From Octopus sinensis (Eukaryota), in assembly GCF_006345805.1 (NCBI RefSeq), contig NC_043001.1:31558001-31622000 (forward strand): 64,000 bases of DNA, read 5' to 3'. The notes beneath the pieces are model-generated. The model was given only the letters and a program-made list of their open reading frames with translations, searched no databases and was not told the DNA's origin. The position numbers and the translations under genes were made by a program. Positions within the stretch are counted from its first letter, which is position 1. Every line of letters begins with the position of its first letter. This document shows, piece after piece, positions 39,198 to 51,624 of this stretch.

Positions 39198-40167
39198 TGT
39201 GTGTAATGACACTACATTAAATATATAATATGCAACTTGCTGAGCTGTCTTAGTAGCATTATAGGACCTCTAGGCAAATCAATGCATTCAGTCCTTTAGT
39301 ATTTAGTTATTGACATCAAGCATACATAGATCATGATTGGGACTATAGACCTGTGAGGCCCTCAGTCAACTGCCAAGTGCGTTCATTACTTAAGATGGCA
39401 CTGGCAACTTGTAAGTGCCAACAGGTACTAAAATATTGCAAAAAAGTTTAGATAATCCAACATCTTGACAAAATAAAGATCAGAGATGTGTAAAGATAAT
39501 TACATAGTGATCAAATCCTGCTGGATTTTGACTTGACCATTTCATTCTAAGATAAAAGAAGGACCAGTCATATACTAGAATAGATTTAATTAACCAAATC
39601 TTTATCAACCCTAGATATATTTTCTCTTTAGATTAGCCCTAAATACTTCTACAAGTACTACTCCTAAAAATATAAGAAGGAAAGGAATTATATACTAAAA
39701 ATAATTAGATTTATGGAGTGGAGATATAGTAAAACATAAGAGTGCTTCCTGCCATTTAGATAAAGGAAATGAAAAGCTAATTGCAGTAATGATTACCAGA
39801 AGTCACATCGACAGCTAGTCATATTTCTTTTAAAAAATGGGGAGTAGAATAAAGCTTAAAATGAAGAGATGTTTTAAAACATCTTTTTCTTTTAGTTAAT
39901 CCCTAAATATTACTGTCTCTTAGCAACGGTGGTGGTGGACAATAATAATTTAAGGTACAAGTGACTTTTTCCAAATCTATAAAACCTCCAATTCACACAG
40001 ATATTTTGGTTCCCATTAAATTATCAAAACTTAGATATCACAAAAGTTTAAGCTATCCTTAATTCATTATTAAATTTTAGATCATCAGCATAAAAAAATA
40101 AAAGATGCATTTTCTAAGGTGTCAAATAGAAGAAGAGAACTACACAGTTTACTGAGAGCTAATCACT

Positions 40168-40395
40168 TTAACCCTTTAACATTTGAACCGGCCATATCCG
40201 GCCCAAATGGTCTACCTGTTTTATGTTCAAACTAACCAGACCGAGTCTCTCCCACCTACCCTACAATGTCATTCTAAAATTAAATGATTACATCTTCAAA
40301 ATCTTGAAGCTACAAGATAATACGTGATTAATTTTTAAAAATATGGATACATAAACATTACATTTAATAAATTAGTCTGAATGCTAAAGGGTTAA
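40168..40395 (+). mobile_element. TTAA-flanked MITE (piggyBac-like ends)
   Basis: ttaa-ccctttaacatt ... aatgctaaaggg-ttaa; an opposite-orientation relative is at 58665-58892. Confidence 0.8.
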
Positions 40396-41141
40396 ATTCT
40401 AGCTAATGCTTGTGTATATATGAGTGTGTGTATAGCATTATCTTTTCTTGATCGCAAAGTGAATATTGGGTTAGTGAATTTTAAGATTTAATGTTAGTCT
40501 ATCTTGAACTTAAACCTGTGGTGTTTTGTTGGGATTACATTTTATGATTAATTACTTTCTTGTTTTCATAAGTTTAATTGAGACAACATATCTCACAATC
40601 TCTTCTGGGGTATTCTGGAAGCAAACAGTTTCTGTTTTATGAGGAATAACCAGAATTTATCACTACAGATATGGGATAATAAATCCCAAACTCAAGATTT
40701 CAGTTATAGAATAGTAGATCTTAAGACATTGTGTATATGAGAGGAAAGAAAGATTCAGAAAAGACAAGACGACAAAAGGGGAGGCGAGAGAAATGAGAAA
40801 AGGACATCAGTATGAGGGAAGAGAGCAACATGGCAAGTAAGAGAAAAGGTCAGTGAGAAGAGAGTATCAAGAACAGAGCAGAAAACAGTGTGCTAAGAGA
40901 TTTGCAAAAAGGGAGAAGCAAAATGAAAAAGGGGAAGAGCAAGCATGATGAGAAGAGATTAAAACTGAGATGTTTATCAGTAAGAAAGTGACAATGATGG
41001 AAAAGATTTCAGCACACAAAAATGAACGTGAAAATCTGAAGGTTTTCTCATGAGTAGACAATCAAAACTTCAAATGAACCATCTCACCTGGGATACTTTT
41101 TTTTTCACTCATACTTCAATAATATTATTCTAATATCAACA

Positions 41142-41535
41142 GGTACAGCCATGGCTGTGTGGTTGAGAAGCTTGCTTTGCAACTGTGTGGTCAAGTGATC
41201 AGTCCTACAGCATGGCACCTTGAGCAAATGGCTACTACTCTAACTCCAGGCTGACCAAAGCCTAGTGAGTGGATTTGGTAGATGGAAACTGAAAGGAGCC
41301 CATTGTATATGTGTGTGTGTGTACCCTTGTCCTGATATTATGATGGATGTAAATAAGCAGTACTGTCATATAAGCAATGTTTATTTCTATCCTTCCATGT
41401 AAAACATATCTGGCCATGGGGAAATATTATTTTACCTGGAAACAGATGAGATTTGGTGGTAGAAAGGGCATTTAGCTGTAGAAAATTTGCATCAAGACCT
41501 GGTATTCATGGAAAAGTGGATATTAAATAATGACG
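41142..41535 (+). mobile_element. Family C SINE head with a different (D-like) 3' half
   Basis: catggctgtgtggttgagaagcttgc...gtgagtggatttggtagatggaaactgaa, then aagggcatttagctgtagaaaa...catggaaaagtggatattaaa. Confidence 0.65.
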
Positions 41536-41554
41536 ATATCATTTAGTGAAATAT

Positions 41555-41875
41555 GAAGGTGCAAGGCTCAGTGGTTAGAGTGTCAGGCTCATAATCATGA
41601 GGTACTGAGTTTGATTCTCAGACCAGGCTCTGTGTTGTGTTCTTGAGCAAGACACTCTACTTCATGTTGCTTCAGGTCACTCAACTGTAGAAGTCAGTTG
41701 TCATGTCACTGGTGCCAAGCTGAACCAGCCTTTGCCTTTCCCTTAAATAACATTGGTGGCATGAAGAGGGGAGACTGGTATGCATGAACGATTGCCAGGC
41801 TTGTGTCTTGGAGGGGAAATTTCTAGGTGCAATCTCATGGTCATTCATAACCACAGGGGCTCTTTACCCTTTACT
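41555..41875 (+). mobile_element. tRNA-headed SINE (family A variant tail)
   Basis: ggctcagtggttagagtgtc...tgtgttgtgttcttgagcaagacact...ggtgcaatctcatggtcattcat...tctttacccttt; the 3' part is also at 55960-56220. Confidence 0.8.
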
Positions 41876-44800
41876 CCATGTAGAGTAATGAATCAAGACC
41901 AATTATATAAAACATTTCTGACTGGTCATTTGCACACAATAATATGATGAAAATGTGTTGAATATTTAAGATAGATTTGAAAACTACCATACACAAATTC
42001 CATCCCCTCCACCAACAAAATTTTTATAGGCGTGATGTAAATAATTTGAGCATTTTCAAAATACATAATTCTACAGAGTTTGACATTTTAACTAGGTGGA
42101 GGTACTACAAGTTTTAGGTTTAAAAAGAGAGGAAAAAAACCAAAAAAACAAACAAAACAAAAAACAAGGAAGCGAGACAGACTGAAACAAATAGAGGGTT
42201 GCAGGTTGTTTAAGCAATACAATCCTGTAGTTGTCAGAGTATTTGGGATTGTGACCTTTTAAATCAGTAGTCTAAGAACATATTCACTAAGTCCTAACTC
42301 AGGAGCTGTACAACATAATACAGAAAAGTACATACACTACATGTATATTATGCACGTAAATGTATTATATATACATATATATGTAGGTTCCAACAGACAT
42401 GTATATATCTTTAGTTAAGCACACACATTATATATATATATATTTTTTTTTGCATGGAAAAAATTTTACGGACTTTGAAGATTCAGTGATGTTGTTAGAC
42501 AAAGACAATCCGATGAGACTGGTTACTGGGAAAACTTCTGAATCACCGCTAGCCTTTTCCAAGCAAAAGTAAAATTTATGCTCTGTCTAGATGTATAGGG
42601 TACTTTTTCACATTTTGTATGCAAAATCATTGTCATCATCATGATTTTACATTTTTTCCCCCGATGCTAGCATGGATTGGACATAATTTTATGAGACAAT
42701 GTTTTACAGCTGGATGCCCTACCTGTCAACAATCCTCTGATCTGTTTTTTAGAGGATGTAAGGAGGTATTATATCTCTTCTAAAACTTGTCTACATTACA
42801 GATCATCTTATGTGCAATTATACACATAACATGCACTAATATGTGTTTGTTGGTCTGTAATATTTTAATACAATTTTCTGATTATTTGAACCTCTAATCT
42901 GGGATATCGAATTTACTATATTTTTTAAATTTAAATATCATCAGTAATTAAATTTGCATTGCTTATCTCCCTATTTCTGGAATAATGTAAATAATTTGAA
43001 TTGTCACATTTGTATTAGTGACTTTGTACAAAATCACTAATTTCAAGGAGGAAACATTCCTTCATATATTGACCCCTACTACCTCACTGGTGCTTTATTT
43101 CAATAACCTCAGAAAGCTAAGCTGACCTCAGCAGGATTCAAACTCAAAATACAGTGCTGAGCAAATAAATTAATCTCATACTCAATGTTAGGGGGAAACT
43201 TATTTACACATCAACTACACAACTTGAACTTCAGGAAAGCCTATTTAGAAGGTGTACATTAAGTTAACCCAAATACATCAGTTGTTTTGTTTCCTTCAGC
43301 CTTTTTATGAGTTTTAAACATTAGAGTGCAACCATGTTGAGGAATTACCCTCATGGATTTTAGTCAACTATCAATTAGTATCAATACTTATTCCATTGGT
43401 TTCATAAGGGAAGTAACTGTAATGGAACTTAATACCACAAGGTATTTTTGTTTAGCACACTGATTCTCTCATCCTTTTTTCAATATCCATACATATATAC
43501 TTGACAGGCTTCTGCAAGTATCCAACTATCATATTCCACTGTGCCTGACATGAAGTAATTGATGAACACACTGCCTAGTGTGGTCAAACTTGGAATAACA
43601 TGATTACGAAACCAACTTCTTACCCAGGGAGCCATGCTGGTGCCCGTGTTCCTCTGTATAAATTAGAAGCCATATTCTAATATATTTCTACAAGACCTGA
43701 TAATTAACTACAATAATAAACATTTCTATTTACTGGGTTGTTGAGATGGAAAATACTTCTCATCTTCCATGATTTCTTCAGATGAAAAAAAGACAAAAGG
43801 AAGAAACTGCCTTAGATTCATGTGACCCAACTACAATTAGACTAAGGCCTGGAAGGAATTAACAATTATCATTAAGAATGAAGCACAAACAAAGCAAAAA
43901 GTCTTTGGTGATGTAATAATAATGTGGTAGTGCTTTCTATATAATCATTTCATCTGTTTTAGAATAATGAAATAGGATTGGTAAATCTATTAAGAAAAAA
44001 AAAACTACTACATAGGGAAGGTTGAGGATTTCTGTGGTAAAAGTACACAAACTGGTTCTGATAACCAGTTATAGGTAACCTACTTTATTTGACTTAATAT
44101 GCGTAGGAAAGGTAGGAATGTCACAGTTTCCATTTCACCCTTCCCTAAAAGAGGAAGGCTTCATGGTTACCTGGAGAAGGAAATGTGAAACCAATTCTAG
44201 CAACTCCTTCTTGCGACACTGTGTTAAAGAATTAAAGGGAATTACATCCGAAAACAAATCTATTTTAAAAGTGCTAAGAAAATGTAAATTTTAACTAAAA
44301 TTTTTAGAGAGATGAGGCGTCTTAAATGACTCTCAGATGCATAAAGGCTACACTATAATATGTAAGTTATAGCATTTAGTGAATGAAAGTAATTCAGTCA
44401 AATGCAAAAGTGTTGCTTAAGCAGGTGGAAGAGAAAAGATTTTTAGCCTGGGTGCTGACAAAAGAGTTTCCATTAGAATTGCTATCAACACAAAACTTGT
44501 CTAAAACTGTAATTCTAACACACAATAAGAGACCAATTATTTTCAAGGGGGAAAAAAATTATGTGGTAAAAGCAAGTAAAGATAAAATCTGGAAGGTGTG
44601 TAATATATGTTGGGTTAAGAAGACAAAAGGTTAGAAATATTGTTTAATGTTTGAATCAGGAGAAAAACGGAAAATTTTTAGTGGAAGAGGCAAAACTGTT
44701 TAGGGAACATGTTAAGTTATTTGTAAGACGCTAATATATTAAGAGCATACTCGTATATATATATAGGTGTAAGCACTTTCTCATAGGTGAAATAGTGTTA

Positions 44801-45058
44801 ACATATTTAATACAAGGTGCATCAAAGAATCAAACAAAAAAAATATTTCGTGGAGAGGAGAGAAAAAAAAAATTATTATTTGGCTAATGTGGAAATGTTT
44901 CAGTCTTATTGGACCTCTTCAGCAATGCACAGATTTTACTTGCCAAATTAGTGATGAGAGAATCACTATGTATAATATTTCCATGCAAATGCTTGTTAGT
45001 ACAGAAATATAAAAACGTCCAAATAAGTTACTCTTTGATGCATCTACATGTTAAAACA

Positions 45059-45904
45059 ACATGAAGTCTGATCAATAAGTATCTGGACTGTTGCCATAGT
45101 AACGAAGCTAAAGCATGCAGAGTAAAGCTGTTTAGCAAAGATTGAACTCGGCTGTGCATGCGCACAAAGTTTTAACATTACAGATCACTTCTGCTGTTTG
45201 TGCTTGGAAGGAAGGTGTGTAGCATGTGATTGTTGCACTGACCACGACAGAGAAAGTTGTCATGGCAGTACCCGCTCAGAGGCCTATGCAAAGTTGCAGA
45301 AAGTGTATGGAGAGGAGTGTATGAGTGGTTTAGATGTTTCCAAGATAGCTGAAAAAATGTCGATATTGACGAACGTTTTGGGAGGCCCACAACCAGCAGA
45401 GCTGAGAAAAACATCGCAGATGTGTGTGCAGCTGTAAGGGGAAATCACTGAATCCCCATCTGTGAGTTACCAAAGGATGTGAAGACTAGTTACAGTTCAG
45501 TTCAGTCCATTATCACTGAAGATTTGGGTACGAGATGTGTGTTTGCCAAGTTTGTGCCAAAACTGCTTTCAGCTGACCAAAATGACACTCGGGTTTCAGT
45601 TGCACAACACCTCTTTAATTGTGTCAAGAACATTGAAAACTTTGAGTAGGCCTCTGAGCAGGTATTGCCAAGCTTTTGACAAAATTTGATGCAGATTCTC
45701 TGCCCAACTTTCTTTGTCATGGTCAATCACACACTACACACCTTCCTTCCAAGCACTATTGTAAACAGCGAAATTAAGCTAGAAAGTTAAAACTCAGTGC
45801 ATATGCACAGCAGAGTTCAAGGTCAATCAGTGCCAAACGACTTCACTTAGTATGCTTTAGTGTCATTACTATGGCAAAAGTCCGGATACTTATTGATCAG
45901 AATA

Positions 45905-45907
<3 letters not shown>
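45059..45907. mobile_element. Mariner derivative with ~240-bp inverted arms, both from the left end
   Basis: TIRs gtctgatcaataagtatctggact / agtccggatacttattgatcaga. Plus strand EAYAKLQKVYGEECMS...DERFGRP...AKFVPKLLSADQ; minus strand MTKKVGQRICIKFCQKLGNTCSEAY. Confidence 0.88.
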
Positions 45908-45937
<30 letters not shown>

Positions 45938-46079
45938 CAAGATTATCAGCCGAAATTGCTAAGATGATCTGGTTCTTGACTGATGACTGAGGGCTTCGAA
46001 TGTCCCGTCCTGTGGTTCTTGTGTCGTCTCTGTGGTGTTTCATGTTCTTGTCCATGTCTGTAATTATTTTTACTGTTTA

Positions 46080-46127
<48 letters not shown>

Positions 46128-46182
46128 AACATGCATACATACACACACACATATATATTATAAATACATATATATATATATA

Positions 46183-46385
46183 TAGTTAATCCAAACATGA
46201 AAACACAACAACGCGAGGACGTGGAACAAATATAGTATTATTGGACGCTCAAGAGGGAAGGGAAGAATGAGGGTTTAACGTTTTGAGCGGAGCTCTTCGT
46301 CAGAAACATAGGAAAAGGAAAGACCCAGAGAAGGGAAGACGGAGGAAAAAAAAAATCGCCAACGGTACACACGCGGTCACATTTT
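46183..46385 (-). mobile_element. Penelope-like-element-derived repeat between (TA)n tracts, with a minimal hammerhead motif
   Basis: Minus strand gttt-CTGACGA-a-gagc-tcc-gctc-aAAA-cgtt-aaac at 46273-46307, the layout known from PLE terminal repeats. Confidence 0.6.
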
Positions 46386-46704
46386 GAATGATATTTTGAA
46401 TTATATATATATATATATATAACATGAAAAGCATTAGCAGTTATAAAAATTTTCTATTGCTATTTTTCGTAAGATATTCAAGAAAATATGTCCGTCTGAA
46501 GAAACTTCCTTATATTTAAAACAGTATCTTATCATTCTTGAAAAAACCTGTTTTTTTAATGGTGTAGAAACAGTTGTAATTTACTAGATATGTCATTTGT
46601 TTGTATAAAATAATAAAATTGAATTGAATTTATCATTTAATGATTGAATTATTTAATTGTTCAATTCATTATTTTTGTCTCCATTCCTAATTTATATTTA
46701 TATG

Positions 46705-47305
46705 TGCTTGAGAAGACCTGGCAAGCCAAGTGAGACCATAACCCGTGGCCTATGTGTGGGTGTAACCAACCTACTTATGCGTTTCTTGCAAAGAGCTGTT
46801 GAGGCAAGTGAAATCACAATCAAAATCACTGACGTGGTTAATGACAGCACCGCCTGACTGGTACCTGTGCCAGTGGAATGTTAAAAGTACCACCTGAGCA
46901 TGATTGTTGCCAAGGCCGCTGACTGGCTCCCGTGCCAGTGGCACATAAAAAGCACCATTCGAGCGTGATCGTAACCCGTGTCGCCTTACTTGTACTTGTG
47001 CTGGTGGCACGTGAAAAACAACATTCGAGTGAGGTCATTGCCAGTGCTGCTGGACTGGCTCCTGTGCAGGTGGCACATAAAAAAACACTATTTGAGCTTG
47101 GCCATCGCCAGTACCACCTGACTGGCCCTCGTGCCAGTGGCATGTAAAAGCACTCACTAGACTCTTGGAGCGGCTGGCGTTAGGAAGGGCATCCAGCTGC
47201 AGAAACTCTGCCAGATCAGATTGGAGCCTGGTGCAGCCATCTGTCATGCCAGTCCTCAGTCAAATCGTCCAACCCATGCCAGCATGGAAAGCAGACATTA
47301 AACTG
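46705..47305 (+). mobile_element. SINE-like element with five internal ~66-bp tandem units and a family D tail
   Basis: gtgc(c/t/a)(a/g)gtgg cores at 46867, 46932, 46998, 47064 and 47131; ends gtccaacccatgccagcatggaaagcagacattaaac. Confidence 0.8.
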
Positions 47306-47485
47306 TATGTTTATTTTATTTATTTATTTACCTATTTGTTATGAGTGACAGTTCATAACGTTTTTTATATAGGTAATAAAACCAGTAAATTCTTTGGATA
47401 TCTAATATCCCTTAGGAGGTTATTTAACACCTAACTAAATTTTTATTATATATACATACATATTATATATACATATACATATTAT

Positions 47486-47529
<44 letters not shown>

Positions 47530-47584
47530 GTATATATACATACTACATACATATATATATATTACAAATACATACACATACATA

Positions 47585-47890
47585 TAGCGGAAAGTGTAAC
47601 CTCTCGAAAGAGCTGTTCTTCACTCCTGCTCCAGAGCGTCGGCTGCAGGGTCACTCCGAAAAGCTCTATCTGCGATGATTTCATCTCAATCAAAGGGCTT
47701 TCTCCGTCCGGGTTGCGGATCCGTGGAATAAGCTGCTGGACGAGATAGTGAAGATGCTGACGACCGCTCGGTTCAAAGTCTCCCTTGACCGGAAATGGCC
47801 TGAACTCTTTGCATGAACACCACCCTGTACATAACTCCATGTCCCCCTACATGGCCTTGCTTTTTGCTTTTTGAGCCAAAAATTAACGTA
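47585..47890 (+). mobile_element. CR1-type LINE 3' end
   Basis: RLQGHSEKLYLR*FHLNQRAFSVRVADPWNKLLDEIVKMLTTARFKVSLDRKW (cf. CR1 RGH..KL...F..RV...WN.LP..VV...F K..LD). Confidence 0.85.
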
Positions 47891-48512
47891 ACTTATATAT
47901 ATACATACATGTGTATATTCATATATTATATATACATATACATGCATATATATTTTATATATACATATACATACATATATCATATATACATACATATAGA
48001 TATTAAAAAAAAACATGTATATGTATTACACTAACTCAGTTGAAGTGTCTTGTCTTCTGAGCCACTTGGTGACTTCACTAGTGCTGGTGCCGCTAAAACA
48101 TACACACTGTAAAGTGGCTGGCATTAAGAAGGACATCCATCCACAGGAACCATTCCAAAGCAAACAAAGAAGATCAGTACAGTCCTCTGGCTTGTTGGTT
48201 CCTGTCAAACTGTCTAGTCAATGCAAGCATTGTGCAGGAAATAAAGAATGCATTTGGGGACCAATTTATTGAATGAGAATCAATATAATTCTACATGTTT
48301 TGATCATAATGTATATATTATCTGTAACAAATATACACCTTTCTTTTTTAACAAGTGACCTAATGGTTAAGGTGTTGACCTTGCATTCATATCATCATCG
48401 GATTGTGTTCTGGACCAGATGGAACATTGTGTCTTTGAGGAATGTACATCATTTCACATTATTCTCATTTACTCAGCTAAAAATGAATACCAGGCAACTA
48501 CTGGTGCAATCT

Positions 48513-48850
48513 TATAATAATAATGAAATTATTGTATACAGTGCTCAGGTGCAACACAACTTGTCAAAAAGTGCGTATAAAGTATATGCAGTAATGTACA
48601 AATGTCTGGAAAGCGAACAGTGTATGAATCAGATACATGCTTGCGTGTGTATGGAGCGGAGAAAATCAGGTGTAGTGTTGGCGAATCTCAGGAAGCATGG
48701 AAGTTTTGAAGGATGCAGTGCTCTGACAACTAACAACTGATGCCGGCAGTCTGTTCCATGCTTCAGTAACTCTTAGCATGAAAAAATGTTTCCGAAAGTC
48801 ATGGGAGCTATGTTGTCACATCTTTGATGTTCTGCTAGGCTAAATGTGGG
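48513..48850 (-). mobile_element. Second, different CR1/L2-type LINE 3' end
   Basis: Minus strand QHSSHDFRKHFFMLRVTEAWNRLPASVVSCQSTASFKTSMLPEIRQHYT*, 3' UTR ending in (att)n. Confidence 0.85.
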
Positions 48851-49914
48851 AAAGTGTCTATGTACTTTTGATTGCAACTACATAGGCATGTAAAACGGTT
48901 AGCAAAAGCATAGTACTTATTTCCAAGTCATACTCATGTACAAGTGATGGCTATATATATTTCTATTATATACATATGGTAGAGTTATACAATAAGCATC
49001 TTTCCTATATTTCTGAGTTTAATTCTAACATGGTCAATTTACTTTCTTTTCGATTTTAATTTTAAGAGCTTGATAAATTAAATAGTTGTTACATACTGAG
49101 ATAAAGGATGAGGTAAAAATGAGAGAACATTTGTCATAGTGATTGTGGTTGGTGGCATATTTGTTCATTAATAGAAAGCTGTATCTATTACAAAAAATGT
49201 CAATAATGATAATGGCAATAATTTCTAAAGTTAACACAGTGTCAAATGTTTGCAGGAAAAAGAGCATTGTCAATTGAATTGATCCTAGTATATTCCAGTA
49301 CATATTTTATCAGCCTTGGAGAGATTAGAGTATTCTATTTGATGGCATAAAAGATGCCTGGGCATATTAGGTGCACTCCAATTTATGCAACCCATATACA
49401 AGAAAAATGTTTTTAGTGCATTAAAGCATATAATGCTTAAAGTAATCTCACTGCAATCTCATAGTATGTTAGCTGTAGCAGAAAACGTTACTCTATATAA
49501 AAAGTAAATCAGACTAGGGAGAATAAACCATTAGGAGTAAAATTAAGTCTATTGCTAAGAATATCATGGACAAAATTAGCTTATGGGAGGCCCAACTTCA
49601 CATATAGGACCCAGGGGTAATGTTTTTGAGACATTTTTTTGGTGGTGGAGGTAAAAGTGTGTTTTATCTGTTATCAAATATTGTAAACTGACAGGATTTG
49701 AACTCACAATTATAAAGGGTCCAAACAAAATACTATCAGCACCACATCGAATATGTTGTGATTGGCGTTGCAGTACATTTGTATGTATTCAAACCTTACA
49801 AAAGGTGGATTTACCTTCTGATGTCAAAACAATGTGCACTGGTAGCTTCATGAGGTCAAAAGAACTAGATGGCGGGGATGAGATTCATTATAATTAATTC
49901 ATAGTCACTGTATT

Positions 49915-50300
49915 GAAAAGAGGTCTTTGAGTGGTTAAGAAGCTCACTTTACAACCATGTTGTTTTGGGCTCAGTCTCACTGTGTGATACCCTGGGTAAA
50001 TGTCTTCTACTATAGCCCCAGGTCGACCAAAACTTTATGAGTGGATTTGGTAGACAGAATCTGTATGGAAGTCCATTGAATATATATATATATGTGTATG
50101 TGTGTGTCTGTCTGTGTTTGTTTCACCCAGTATTTGACAGCTGGTGTTGGTTTGTTTACATCCCTACAACTTAGTGGGTCTGCAAAACAGACCAACAGAA
50201 TAAATACCAGAATTAAAAAATAAGTACTGAGGTTGATTTGTTTGACTAGATGCTTTAAGGCAGTGCTCCAGCATGGCTGCAGTCCAATGACTGAAACTAG
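49915..50300 (+). mobile_element. tRNA-headed SINE (family C)
   Basis: gagtggttaagaagct...gtggatttggtagacagaa...ggcagtgctccagcatggctgcagtccaatgactgaaac. Confidence 0.8.
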
Positions 50301-50737
50301 TAAAGAGTAAAAGATAAAATGAAGATTTAGGTATAAATTCTATTTGGCCAATTCCTTGAGGACATTCAAAAAAAGGGAAACCAGAGAGCTAATGCCTGAA
50401 CAGTGGTACACCTTCATTATATAGTGGGGAGCACGTGCAGTTTATGATGATGTGAAGTCAGCTAGTTTGTCCTTTGCAGATATTGCAGAGAAATCCGAGG
50501 TGGCCAGAACTGGTATGGATCATGATGCATCATGTCTGAGCGTGCTGTGCATGTTGCAAAGGTGAAATCACAAAATCCTTGAAATAAAAGACCACCTAGA
50601 TGTATGAGGGTTGCAGTTCCTTGCCACAACAATCCAGTCCCTTTTATCATCCATTATATGCTGTGTAAACCTCCAGACTCATGTACAGAGACCCCAAAAC
50701 ACCACTATAACATTTTAAGATCACTATACCTCTCACT

Positions 50738-51043
50738 TTTGATCCATAGAGTATATTAAGCAGATAAGGCCGAAAATGTCGCTAGAAGCTAGGATCACCA
50801 AGCATAGATTGGCATATTTCGGTCATATTATGTGGAGAAAATCCCTGGAGAAGGACATCATGCTCGGAATGGTCAGTGGCAAGAGAGGAAGAGGCCAACC
50901 AAGAACCCGCTGGCTTGATACCATCAAGAGTGATACCGGAATGGACATAGCCAATCTGAAAGAAGCGGCCCAGGATAGAACTGACTGGAGGACACTGATC
51001 CAACGAGTGACTGAGAGTCGACTTCGACTGAGCGGTTAGAGGG
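50738..51043 (+). mobile_element. 5'-truncated BovB-like RTE LINE with 12-bp TSD
   Basis: SILKQIRPKMSLEARITKHRLAYFGHIMWRKSLEKDIMLGMVSGKRGRGQPRTRWLDTIK...AAQDRTDWRTLIQRVTESRLRLSG*, uninterrupted; atacctctcact at 50726-50737 and 51044-51055. Confidence 0.92.
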
Positions 51044-51624
51044 ATACCTCTCACTACATCCAAAAGACATAAATAATACACATGCTTAATTTGCAGTAAC
51101 ATCAATAAACTCATTAGCTCCAAACACTGCTATGCTGTGATAAATGCAGAAAAACAGAAATTACTGTATTTTAACTGGTTGTTTACCTACTACCAAAGAA
51201 ACTTCATGCTCAGAATGACCTGTGTACCCATATAACAAGAAGTCTTCAAGAAGTATGGTATTTGGAGTGCTGGATCTGAGGATAGTATCCAGTTATGTGA
51301 TTGGCTAATTATATACCTTACACTTGTTGGATCAAAGCTAAACAAAACAAAAAATAAATGAATAAAAAAACAAACAAAAACTCACAACAACAACAAATGT
51401 ATAACAAATGTCTCCTACAAGTGAATATTTAATTTGGAGACATTATAAACAAGGAAGTAAGTATAACAATGAGTAACAATATATGTTTGTTCATATCTGT
51501 TTCAAAGTACATCTTAATAAAGGACACCAAATAAGCACAACAGTTTAGTTACACACACACATATATGCTTAAAATTAATGTAACATGCTTACACATATAT
51601 TTAAAGTAGCAAATACAAACATGC

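Noticed and set aside
40700-41061. Purine-rich stretch resembling a charged coiled-coil exon
   Set aside because: Low complexity with stops in the plus frames and no splice support
42515-42550. Hammerhead-like ccgatgagactggttactgggaaaac, and ctgatgactgagggcttcgaat at ~45981
   Set aside because: Core bases altered and stem II does not pair
46845-47160. CRISPR-like repeat-spacer periodicity
   Set aside because: The spacers are homologous to each other, the context is a eukaryotic retroposon, and there are no cas genes
50480-50570. Exon candidate DIAEKSEVART..., and similar open candidates at 55029-55128 (-), 55098-55239 (+) and 63072-63205 (+)
   Set aside because: Splice-like motifs with short open frames occur at chance frequency in AT-rich DNA; no homology or frame-compatible chain found
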